Origin: Massalongia carnosa
Taxonomy: Eukaryota
Reading direction: 5' to 3'
DNA length: 64,000 nt
NCBI GenBank assembly: GCA_965645245.1
Contig: OZ287087.1
Location: forward strand, 248,001 to 312,000
The position numbers were made by a program, and so were the translations under genes. Under the pieces are notes generated by a model. The model searched no databases. It was not told where the DNA came from and saw only the letters and a program-made list of their open reading frames with translations. Shown piece after piece: positions 25,025 through 37,103 of this stretch. How positions within the stretch are numbered: position 1 is the first letter of the stretch; each line of letters begins with the position of its first letter.

Positions 25025-26987
25025 CCGTATTATCTGGCAAATAAGACCCTGCTTTTGGGTAAGACCCTCCCGGATATAAGACCCCGTTCAAATTGCTTAT
25101 TTCCGAACATAGGGGGTCCTGCAATAAGACCATAATTTCGAGATTTTGGGATGACAAATCATCAACAGGGCAATTGTGTGCAAAACAGTAAAAATTCTTT
25201 AAGCATCAGTAAAATCCCCTGCAAATCAATCGTCATCAACATCCATCTCAGTATCGCTATTCAAAACGGCCCCAGATTCAGCACTCAAAACATACTCCCT
25301 AACCTCAATGAGGCCTTCAGTTTCGTCATCCTTCTGCACCTCCTCGCTATTATCAGTTGTATCAGGCTCCTCTACCTCTTGTATATCCTCCTGACCGGTA
25401 GAAAGCTTCCAATCGCCTACCGTTATGCCTGGTATGTCTTTAACTGACAACTCATCATCCTCCGACCCGTCTACAGCAAGAGACAATCCCAACTTTCGAA
25501 AGGTTTGACAAATCAAAGAAGAATGCTCTAAGTGCATTTCCCTCCATGCTTGTCCCACCCATTTTGCCTTTGGATCCATTGAACTACTACTCCCGAGTCG
25601 TACTGCGTCATCTCCTTCTTGATTCGACTGCATTTTGTGCTATCTTGGCCTTTAAATATGAGAAGAGGTTTGCATCGATTAATGCCGTCAGCAGAAACAT
25701 AAATCATCAAAGTGGCTTGTCTTTTGTCCCATCCAGACCGATGTGTTTTAATCCATACAGTTTTGGCACCTTTAAAATCGTAGCATTGACCCTGCAGGAA
25801 CTCGTAAGCAATAGGAGTCTGATCCATATTGCCAATATCGCAAAGACGAAATCTTCCTCCTCCATGCAAAGGAATTTGGCCCAAAAGCGGTTGAGAATTG
25901 CGACGGTTAAAATTGTAACCACAACTGGATAATATCGCGAAAGTTCTCGGGAATCTGATATGAATCGAATGCCGTTCAATATCATCAAAAAATTAACATT
26001 TGATTATTCACCTGCTGAGCTTTTTTGGTAGGATTTCTGACAGCTATACCACACCTTCGTCTGAATCCACGAAACCAACCATTAGAGAATTTGAACTCGG
26101 CATACTCAGTCATTCTTCCGGATGCTTTAGTCACTCGATGAAGATATAATTGACCATACACCTGACGACCCTGACGAACAAACCAACGTTTATTGATTTT
26201 ACGTCCAGTGTTACGGGCTTCCATGAATAACTCCAAAAGTCGCCTTTCAAGCTCATGCTCTTTACATACACCCATAGCTTTGCTGTCTTTTCGTTTACCT
26301 TTAGGTTGAACGGCGATACTCGAACTACTTTCAATCCACTTTCTAAGCATCGTGGTAGTAATTCCAAGATTGTTGGCTGCAGCATATTTACTGATAAGCT
26401 TCATACTTCCATCCTTCTGAGACTTCCAGGTAGTTTGAGCATAGCTAATAGCAGCTAGTTTCTGCTCTCTGGTGTAGGATACTCGATGTCGAGGAGCATC
26501 ATGTTCGTCGTCAGAAATATCGCGAAGTGTGGGATGATCGGCCACCTCTCGATGCAGACGAAATTTTTTAATGATAGAAGCATTATCATTGGAACAACCG
26601 GGCATGCTAGGCATTGAAGACTGTATAAACGCTTTCTTGGGAAGTCGGGCTGAATGCAAGCTGCAAAGACTGGTGGACTTTGAATTAGGCCCAGGACGAG
26701 GCTGGTTTTGAGCCTGCATAGAATTCTGGACTTGCGAGGGAGCCATGAAATAAATCAATGAAAAGATGATAAAGGTGGATAAAATGATAAAGTGATACGT
26801 AACTGGGATACCTCCAACGCGGGCCAAACTTGATGCGCGTCTTCGTGTTTTCCCCCTGCTTCCTAAGATCTACTCCCTCATAAGATCATACCTATTTATA
26901 AGACCTGCTTATAAGACCCCGTTCCAAATGACCCTCGGGTTGACCACCCCCCTATAAGACTAGAGTCTTATTTGCCAGATAGTACGG
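25025..26987 (-). mobile_element. pogo/Tigger-type DNA transposon with defective transposase
   Basis: 23-bp TIRs CCGTATTATCTGGCAAATAAGAC (1 mismatch), TA TSD at 25023-4 and 26988-9. CENP-B HTH (FKFSNGWFRGFRRR) and IGNMDQTP DDE_1 start; later catalytic region missing. Confidence 0.9.
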
Positions 26988-27535
26988 TAGCCTGATTTGT
27001 ACATTCTAACATGCTTTAGTCAAGTGAACAAGATGCTGAATGTCTTATCGATAATCATTTAAGTGTTCAACATTTCTGTTTTTGTAGACTAAATTCATGA
27101 AAGCAAAGAGATTTGAAAGTGAAGCTATTTTTTTTTGATATTGCAAAGAGAAAGATTTGTTTCAAGGCAAAGATGAACAGATCCTAAGCCTACTAGGTAT
27201 TTTTCAGACTAGAATTTTTATCTATACATTTTTAGGTACAAGCTGATGCTCCAGAAAATCATGTTGATAACTTGAGAAAGAATGATATCGTGAGTACATT
27301 TTATTGTAATTTATTTGTGGCATTTCTCAAGTTCAAAAAGAGCTAGGTGAAAACAGTATTCGTAATACGTAATGGCAGCGAGTACATTCCCAAACTGTCT
27401 CCCATTTTCCGGACGCGGATCGCACAATCTTGGAAACAAAGTTGAAAATATAAGCAAAACAATCAGAGGAAAAAACTGAAATGTTGAAGATCAGCTGGCC
27501 ATTAGAATTCTGATCTTGGCTTGTGAGAGAGAACT

Positions 27536-30500
27536 TCATCCCACGAGTGCGGCTGGGTTCTTTGAAAAATTTTCTAGCAGTGTAATATAGCAACCCATCA
27601 TATTTTCAATATCCTCCTCCCGATACATGTACTTCTGGGCGGAGAAAGCAACAGCTTCAGTAACAGAGACTTGAAGATCCCAGGCACTTCGTGCATCGGA
27701 AATCTGGAACATCTCCATATTGACATCCCCTAACATGCTCTGTTTGTGAACGGCCGGGGTATAGCTGAAAAGAACTTGAAACAGGGGACTTTCAGTGGTC
27801 GATCTAGGGAATGTGAGGGAGTCAACCAGAACATCGAAGGGAATGCTAGAATGAGCCAATGCGGCGTAAATACTAGAGCGTGCTTTAGAGATCGTGGTTG
27901 TGAAGCTATCTGTGGCGTCAAGCGAAGCTCTGATTGGAAGCATATTCACAAAGAATCCAACGGTTTCTACATGATCGTGGTGCAAGCGATTGCTATCCGC
28001 GATGCCGATTGATAGATCTTTGGTAATTCCACCAAGAGTTTGGAATAACAAGACTTGTAGAGTAGCGGAGTAGAAATGGAATGGGGTTGACTTCAACTGC
28101 CCGCTAACATGTTTGATGCGTGTAGTGAGTTCTTCGTCTAACCATGCCCCAACGTTAAATGTATCATATCGTGTCAAAGGTTCGCGGGACTTGACAAGAG
28201 CAAAGGGAAAAAGGGGCATCGAAGGTGGTTCATCGGGATACTGGGCTTTCCAGAAGTCAATGTCATTTTGGAGATCCCGGTTGACAATGCTTTGCTGTTG
28301 TGTCGTGGTGAAATCAAGATACTGCTTCGCATCATCCACGGAGGTCAGATCTGCGCTGTATGCCGTGGCTAGATCCTTTAACATAACGTTGAGACTGACT
28401 TGGTCCATGACAATATGATGGTAGCAAAGCATAAGAATATAGGACTTTGTGGTTGGAAATATCTCAAATTTAATTGTTTCGCCCTGTTCAATATCGAATT
28501 CGTAGTTGCGGAGCCTGTCGAATTCGCCGAGTATAGCGCTCTCCTCCACGGTTTGCATTAGCTCTAGCTGCAATTTTGAAGTCCTCAGCACCCGCTGAGT
28601 TGGTTGACCAGTGATTTCGTCGGCATAGTACTGCGTACGTAACGACTCATGCCTTTGCGTAACTGCTTGAACGGCCTTTTCAAATCTTGTTATGTCAAAT
28701 GGACCGTCCAGTCTCCACGCCAGTGCAACATTGTAAGTACTCGGATCTTCTATAATGTTTGTAGCAAGAAATATGCGCCCTTGTGCATGAGACATATTCC
28801 CCTGGCGACTGAAAGAGGCATCGATAAGCTTATCACGGTTCATCATATCTGTGGTATCTGATGACGGTGTGGTAAGAGAACTTATATGCCCGTCAGATTC
28901 TGATGTAAAACTAGACGTCTCTGCGGAGTCTTGAGTAGCAGAGTCGTCAGTAGCAGAGTCGTGAGTAGCAGAGACTTGGAGGGTGGGAGTCCAAGGCATG
29001 GTCCAGGTCAATTTTCCAATAGCATCTTGACAAATTTGTGAAATCGAACTGCCACCAAGAACTCTGAGAATGGGTATATCGACATTCAACTCTTTCAAAA
29101 ACCAAGATCGAATGTCTACTGCGATCAATGAATCTATCCCGAGATCAATGATTTGAACGTTCTGGTGAATCTTGTCGAGCGGAGCCTGTAAAACAAGAGC
29201 AAGTTTGATTCTAAAGCATTCGACAAGTACAGAGACAGCCTCATCGAGAGATATTGTAGATTCAAGCTGAGTTCTGACAGGAACCATTTGGGTTACCTCA
29301 TGACTGATGACACTAGAGCTAATACTCTGGTGTATGATATGTGAAAACCTTGGATTTTCTGACCAAAGAGCAGCTAGTTCGCTTCTCTGCAGACCTGTCG
29401 TCAATAACGTACTTCGCCCTGAATCTGGACGTCCATGAATAATAGAAGCAGCAAACATTTGGTGATAAAGAGGTTCTGATATCGCGTTGAAGGCATTTGC
29501 GAGGAGAGATTTGTCAGCAAGTTCCGTTCGAGCAACATACCCAATTCCTACAATCATCCCAATTTGAATGACAGAGGCAGCTAATCCTCGCTTCCTTCGA
29601 TCCTCGGCCAGACCGGCCATGAACATACATCCTGCGCTGTAATTTGACTGTCCAGCGTTACCAACAACACTTGCTGCAGACGAAAACATGACGAAGAACT
29701 CAAGATCCTGAGCATAGAACAGCTCATCTAAATATCTGGAACCGTCAATCTTTGGCTTTATTGCTGTTTCCCAGGTCGACAAATCCATGTTTTGAAATAA
29801 GCTATCGCATAGGACCATAGCGCCATTTGCGATACCCCCCACGGGCGGCATTGTCTCGGCGATCTCATCTCGGAGGTGTTTGACAGCTTCCTTGTTGGTT
29901 ATATCATTTGCTATAACTTTGATAACAGCGCCGTCTCTAGATTGCTCCTCGATCCATTCCTTCTCAACGGCGGGATTACGGCTGGTAAGAACCAAGTATT
30001 TGACTCCACTAGCCACCATCCACTCAGCCAATGATCTTCCAAGCTCGCCGGATAAACCGAACAGGATATATGTCTTTATCGGAGAGAATAAATCCTTCGT
30101 CTCAAGAGGCCTTACCGAGACTTGAATCTGCTCTTTTTCCATCCAGTCAATAACATAAGTGTGACTGTTTGTCTTTTCTATGTCTGAAAGATTCTTGGCA
30201 TCCAAAGGGATCTCCTTTACGGTTTCAGATATCTTGGAGCGCTCAAGCGACTTTGAGCAAGCAGTTTTAAGAACCTTCTGTACTTCTCCGCTGGTACTGC
30301 TCGATTTGACTTTAGAATCATGTTCGAAAGTCGTAGCTAAAGTATGTGCAGAGCATTGATTGGGCAATGATGCTAAAATCTGATTAATGGCACCTCTTTC
30401 AGGAAATTCGCTCTCCGAAGACCTAGAGCAATCGACAAATTTCTTGATGCCTTTTGGAAGGCGAGATTTGATGCTTTTGATAGAGTCAAATTCATGAACA

Positions 30501-33500
30501 AAGATATAAGGTCTCGGGATACATCCTGATTTATCAGCCTCGTCAGTTGTGCAAATGATTTGCACTCCGATTTCGAGCCCTCGCTGTAGAATGACAGAGG
30601 CAAGCTGTGTATCTAACTTATGGAAAAGGACTGCATCTCCGGCAGTAGTCCCAGATAATACAACTTGAGCCAGGATGTGTTCTGCAGTGCAGCGCAAAAA
30701 TTCTTTTTCTCGTCCCGCAATCTCAGCATCACACTTGTATGTCCATTCTTCTCGCACCGTGATTGTCGATTGGTTTGACTCGGAAAGCGCCACCATCAAA
30801 TCCCCAGTTCTTGAATGGTTACCGAGACACACAAAGAGATATGAGTCGCCGCAAATATTTATTGAAAATGGCAACGAGAATTGAACGTCAATGTTAAAAA
30901 TCCCATACTCAGCATCAGAGAGTTGAGATGCAGGCTCTACTTGACGCAGAGGATGCTCTTCTGTCTGATGGAGAAGAGGTTCTCCTGATGTGAATTGAAT
31001 TTTGACGGGCTGGTCTTTCAGAGATACGTTTTCCATGATATTTCGTCGGGTTGAATTCAACTGATTATTAAGTGGTACGTTCGGGATCAGGCGAGGAATC
31101 ATCACAGCTCTCCCCTTTAGCGAAATTTCAGGCTCGTTTGTCCATAGATACTTTGAGTCAAGCGACTCCGCTGATACCAAGCGAAGCAAAGCGTCTACAA
31201 CCATGGCACATTCTGCGTTTTGGTAGTCAAGAACATCAAGCATTTGCAGATTTAATTGAGGGCACTCCATAAGCATTGTTCTTCCCAAACCAAGCATGGC
31301 GGTAGCATACGGGCCATCGACTCTAGTTGATGAATTAACCCAGAGAACATTTTTGGCCCGATTGAATATTTGTGCCAAGTGGTTCAGTTGGTGCTGAGTC
31401 AACTCTTTCAATACCGGTTGGTCGAGTTCTGTCATACACAGGAGAGTGAAATCATGCCCAACAGAGTTGATATCAAAGGAGTCGAGTGTCTTGAGATACT
31501 TGGCTTCATCGTTCCAGGTGTCCAAGTGTTGACAAATATTTTCGACAAATCTTGAAGTTTCAGGGTTGTTACCACCAACGACAATAAGATCTTCGATATA
31601 AGGCGCCATGAAAGAGTTCTTCAGAGGTTCTCGAACGAAATCTATTACTTCATCAACAGCTTGGCTTACCATTACAGAGAACGTCCGTTTCGTTGGTTCA
31701 TTGAGATCGTCCTTGAAACTGTCGACGCCCGAGAAACCTCTATCGCGCAACATTGAGTCCCATCGGTCCATAGAAATGGTTGGAGAGTAGCGCCTACCAT
31801 CTGATCCACCAGCCCACCAACCAGGTAGCCCAGACATGATAAGCTTCATGCGAAGTAGGTCACCCGTCACTTCGTTAAGAATGAGATAGCCTCCAGGACG
31901 TAAGAGGGATCTGACGTTGCTGATAGTCTCGGATAATTTTCGTGTAGCATGTAAGACGTTTGCTGCAATAACCATATCGAATGAACCTTCCGCAAATCCT
32001 TGAGAAGCTGGATCTTTTTCAATATCAAGCGGTTTGAAGATCACCCGTTCGTCGGCAAGGTTTCCAAGACTTTTCTTTGTCATTTCAAAGAAACCCGTTG
32101 ATATATCAGTGAAGGTATACGAGCACTTCCCATCCAATGCCTCTAGAACTCCTTTAGTTGTTCCTCCTGTCCCTCCCCCAATCTCGAGAATTCGCATGTT
32201 GGGGTAGCGGTGCACGATCTGTTTGATAAGACGTGATACAATCGCATTAACCCGTGGCGCACCTAGACCTTCCTTGTACAGCGTACCTAACATATCATCT
32301 TCTAGCATCACAGACAGCAAAGGGTCTTTGCCTGGCACGAAGGCTGGGAGAGCCTTTCCAACAGCCCTGATGAGCCTCATTTCGATTTGATTGGGGTATT
32401 TTTCAGCAACGGCGTCAATCTCCTTCTCTGTGTCATTCGCCCATTCTTCACGCAGAATCGGCTCATTACCTTCAGCAACCAAAGGGAGATAATAATCCGC
32501 AAACTCGAAGATGCGCTGATACCACCACTCGAAGCTTGCAGTCTCCTCATGTGAGAATTTTTCGCGTAAAGTACGAAGATAGTAGTATGAAGCGCGTTCG
32601 CAAGCGTCTACCAAATCAAGTTCCTCGACAAGATCCGGTCGAGAAATTTCAAGGTCAGGCGCGAGACCTGTAGAGATATCATGGTCCCAGCACGTCTCGG
32701 AGAAAAGTAAGCGATCATTTTCAGAAGTAGGTTTGGAGAAAGATGTGCAATGCAAGCCTTCCAGCTGGATTTCGAGTTTTCCATTCGATCCGAAAGCCTC
32801 CATATCGCCACTTAATGTTTTCGATGATCCCTCGCTAATTTGAGCATTGATTTCGACTATTGAGACATTCGTTTCACAAAGCATCGGATTGATGCGAAGG
32901 CGATCAATACTGACAGGGAGATACGTTGTCCAAAGTGTGCCATCACTAGGAAAGCAGAGAGCAGCAATTATTGATTGGAAACACACATCGAGTAAAGCCG
33001 GATGTACCATCAAGCCTGAGCTTGCAACCTTTCTAGTCGAAGCGCTTGCCTTCTTGCCCCTTCTTGAGATATGCTCGATTGTTCGAAACATATCCGTATA
33101 TTCGAGACCAATATCGAGCAAAGAATCGTAAAACTTCTCTGTGGTCACAGCAATTTTACTGGCTTCAACTTGGCCAGAGACTCTGCTTGGGAGTGTGTCT
33201 TCTGATGGGTTACCGAAAGTCACGTAAAGGCGACCCACTGCACACTTGTCCAGTGCACCTTTTTTTTCATCGTGGCATGAATAGCATGCGAAACTAGTAG
33301 CAATGATATCTGTATCATGATCATGATGGTTGAGGAGATTCAGGCTGAAGATGATCTCCGTTCCAGGATGATCTTCTTCCAAGGTTATTGCCTTGTGGAT
33401 TTGCAAGTCCTCGATCTCAACCAGCTTAACCGAACGTCCATGAAATAAAGTCTTAGAGGCTTCGAGAGCAAGGACTGCATAACCAGCGCCAGGGAAGAGC

Positions 33501-36500
33501 ACCTGGTTTTGGAAGCGATGCCCACGTAGCCATGGAATCTCGTTCAGCTTGAGAATATTCCGCCATCGCAGTTCATACGGTTCGAGGTCGTGGAACGACC
33601 TCACACCGAGAAGCTCATGGATTGGTTCATCTCTGTGCCGGAAATTCTTGGATATCCGTGACTCTTTCCAGTACGATTTGTCGTGATCGAAACAGTAATT
33701 TGGTAGATTTTTGAGGAGACGGAGTGTGGCGCGAGATTCAGCCTTGTCGGCAAATTCCTCTGCTACTGAGCGCGTAAAGCGGCTAAGATCCACAGCCGAG
33801 GCTCCGAGCTGCTCCCAAGTAAAGCCCAACGCCGACGAGAAGGCCACGGTGTCATTTTGATTGCGTCTCAGAAAGCTTTGGTATGGTACAGTATTTCCTG
33901 TCAAAGTCCGAATTGTTTGCGTCACGGGTCCTTTCAGCGCTGAATGCGGGCCGATCTCGAGAGCAAGGTCGTAGGGCCCAGAATGTGCGATTGCCCGCTC
34001 AATGGCTTGGGATAAGAGCACAGGATTGACCAAGTTCTCAATCCAGTACGTATCTGCCAAAGACTTCATATCGTGGCTGGCTAGGTCTATTTCTGCGTAG
34101 ACACTGGATACCCAGATTCTTTGGGTCGGTGCTTGTGGTTGTATGTTGCAACTTCGGAGAGATTGAAGATATGGTTGTACACAAGGCTGCATGTGGTGCG
34201 AATGGTATGCTTTATCAACTTTCAGCAGTCTAGCAAATGTTTTATCAGCATCGAGAAGTACTTTTATCTCGTTGATAGCTTCTGCATCTCCTGACAAGGT
34301 CACGGATGTTGGAGAGTTGCTCGCTGCAACTGCGACCCGACCCGTAAACTGTGGGCGCCGACAGATCTCGTGGCTTTCATCAAATGAGAGTCCAACAGCC
34401 ATCATGGAACCTTTCTGGCCGGACTGACCAGCACTCAGTACAGAATGAAGTCCTCGATAATATGCAATACGTATTGCGTCCATCGAGGATATAATGCCAG
34501 CTGCATACGTAGCTGCGATCTCTCCGGACGAGTGACCGATCACTGTGTGAAACGATATTCCCGTTGTCCTCAAAACATCGCATAAGGCCACTTGTATTGC
34601 TGTGCACAATGGCTGAGACAAGGCTGCCTCGCTAATACGAGAAGTTTCCTCCGTACGCTCCAATTCTTGTCTTAACGACCATAGAGGTGCATCAGGTAGT
34701 TCATCAAGTACCTTCTCGAGACTCCTAATCGAGTCAGAGAACACATGTGATCTTTTCAGGAGTTCCGTGCCCATTCTCGCCCACTGAGCACCCTGCCCAG
34801 TAAATACACCCAAGATTTTGACCGAATCATCCAAGCAATTATTTCGCGCGGCATGCGTGCCAAAAGATGATTCTGGGGAGTCTTTTACGATTTGAAGAGA
34901 GTCTCGTATCTCTGACTGCAGACTTTCAATATTGCTTCCAGAGAAGGATCTTTTGAATGGAAAGACATCTCGCCGGCTGTTCAAGGTCCACACTAGATCC
35001 ATTAAATTAACTTGGGGATTTGCGTCAAGAAAATCCGAGTAAGATCTCACTTGTGCCACAAGAGACTTGTCTGAGTTGGCAGAAAATACAAAAGGGACCA
35101 AACCGTTAGCGCGACTGGGTTCATACTTACCTGCGATGAGCGGAGTATGGTCTGATATCTCGTAACTCTCGAGAATAGCGTGGGCATTTGTACCCCCAAA
35201 TCCAAAACTGTTTACACTGGCCCTCCGTGGGCAATCTGCTGAGACATCAGGCCAAATTACTGGTGTTGTTGGAATCATGAGATTCCGTGTAAAAGGAGCA
35301 ACCTTTGGGCTTAGTGTGTTAAAAAGCATGTTCGGAGGTATGGTCTTATGCTGCAAAGCAAGCGAGGCTTTTATCAAGCCGGCGAGGCCCGCAGTTCCTT
35401 CGGTATGCCCGATAACGGTCTTAATAGAGCCGACGTAAAGGACATCATCAGACTCCATGGTTTTTTCGCTTGCACGCTCTTCACGGTTGAAAAATGCTGA
35501 GTTGATTGCTTCCGCCTCAATCGGATCTCCAGCCTGTGTTCCTGTTCCATGTGCTTATGGACGTCAGTGATTAGCCATAGCTAAACAATGTATTATACGC
35601 TTACCTTCGAAATATTGACATCTTTCAGCCTTCTTTCTACAGTCAAGTCCAGCCCGGGCATATGTGTCTCTTATCAATTGAGTCTGACTGATAGCACTTG
35701 GCATGGTGATTCCGGTGGTTTTTCCGTCCTGATTAACCCCAGTCTCTCGGATGATACATTCAATATGATCTCCATCCCGAATTGCGGCACTCAAGGTCTT
35801 CAAGATCACTGTCGCAAAACCTTCTCCACGGCCGTACCCGTCGGCACTTGAATCCCACATGCGTGATTTTCCGCTTTCCGACAGCATGTTCAGCTTTGAT
35901 TCGGATATGTAAGCTTCGGGACCAAAGATCAAGTTTGCGCCGGCAGCTACAGCCATGACGACGTTGCCGCTTCGGAGACTTTGGACGGCTTGGTGAACGG
36001 CTACAAGGGAAGACGAGCATGCGGTATCAATCGTCATAGACGGACCCCTCCAATCAAAGAAATAAGAGATCCTATTACTCATGATGCTACGAGCAGTTCC
36101 GGTTGCAGCATATCGAGGTAAGGTTTCCATATCGCGCACTTGGATGTCATAGTAGTCTCCAGCCATGAGACCAACATATACAGCGGTTTGAGAGCCTTGC
36201 ATTCCATTGATAGTAAGGCCGGCTGACTCGAGCCCCTCGTAGATCGTTTCGAGCAAGATTCTTTGCTGCGGGTCCATCGCATCCGCTTCCCGAGCGTTGA
36301 TGGAAAAGAATGAGGGGTCAAAAAGGCGAGTGTCCTCCGAAAGAAGATAGGTGTGCTTAACATTCGTGGACCCATGGTGCTCTCCAGACTCATGGAAAAA
36401 CCCGGCTGGGTTGAACCGTTCAGATGATAGAGGCGAGATAACATCTCGTGGAGCAGAGAGCAACTCCCATAGTTTTGACGGCGAGGTCGATTCTCCAGGA

Positions 36501-36562
36501 AAACGACATGCGCTTCCTACAATTGCTATTGGCTCCGACGGTGATGGTATAGAAGCTGTCAT
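27536..36562 (-). CDS. Highly reducing iterative PKS with C-terminal condensation domain (KS-AT-DH-cMT-ER0-KR-ACP-C), ~2,991 aa
   Basis: Exons 36562-35605 and 35553-27536; the 51-bp GT-AG intron 35604-35554 restores FE-AHGTGT. Motifs: KS DTACSSS/HGTGT/GHTEG, AT GHSSG/AYHS, DH HxxxxxxxxP and DVCFQ, c[20 protein letters not shown] and NYSAG, ACP GIDSL, C HHIVMD. Ends NPAALVG* with AT-rich 3' sequence and AATAAA. Confidence 0.95.
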
Positions 36563-37103
36563 TTCGAAAACTTGCAGATGAATGAGTTTTAAAGAGATCG
36601 AAATGAAGGCTGCAAAATAGACTAAAAAAACTTGGTCAGTCGATAAGGTATGTTGAAAGCTAATCGACCTTTGTTGAACTTTGAATTCTCTTGACAACGA
36701 CAGCGATGGTATTCACCATTTTATCCAAGTTTAGGTACTTATATTATAGGGATCGAATAGACTTTGCACCCCCTTAGGGTCGGCGAATTTTTTCTTGCTG
36801 TTCGGATGTTATGAAACTCATTTGAAACAGTATCATTCGGTGGCACTGTTACTCTGAACAATTGAAAAATTCGCCGATGTAATAAAGCGCCGAATTATCT
36901 CAATAATCAATTGGATAAACTGCTTACGCTATGTATAACATTGATTTGCGGTAAGGTACAAACGTCTTATGCATGTAGCAATCTTTTTACTTGAAGCTTC
37001 AACTATTAGACGATAAAAACAGTTAGGCGAAGTTTATGCTTCAACTATCTACCTATCGAACGAAATTCATTTCTAGACCAGTAATTGGACTATTCACAAA
37101 ACA
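36563..37103. promoter_or_regulatory. Bidirectional promoter shared by the PKS-C and NRPS-like genes, with CGCCGA elements
   Basis: 541-bp head-to-head intergenic region. Perfect 13-bp inverted pair TCGGCGAATTTTT (36780) / AAAAATTCGCCGA (36865); another CGCCGA at 36888. Confidence 0.65.

Larger units (their letters stand above)
19447..27011 (-). mobile_element. Degenerate Ty1/copia element C2 (5' LTR, leader, gag, PR, start of IN) hosting C3 and a pogo element
   Basis: 5' LTR 24850-27011 (split by pogo); PBS 24838-24849. gag remnants from ~23470. Removing C3 rejoins RQDNNL-YILNMWN...WHARLGHL...CPPC...PLDLIHS. Truncated at the C1 LTR. Confidence 0.8.

Noticed and set aside
27012..27535. Remnant A domain showing the PKS was truncated by the adjacent LTR
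   Set aside because: No A-domain motifs are visible in any minus frame; the sequence looks like an ordinary AT-rich 3' UTR with AATAAA, and the LTR is over 500 bp away.
28920..28975. 15-bp repeats encoding [15 protein letters not shown] in the PKS
   Set aside because: In-frame slippage in the low-complexity ACP-C linker; unlikely to be functional.
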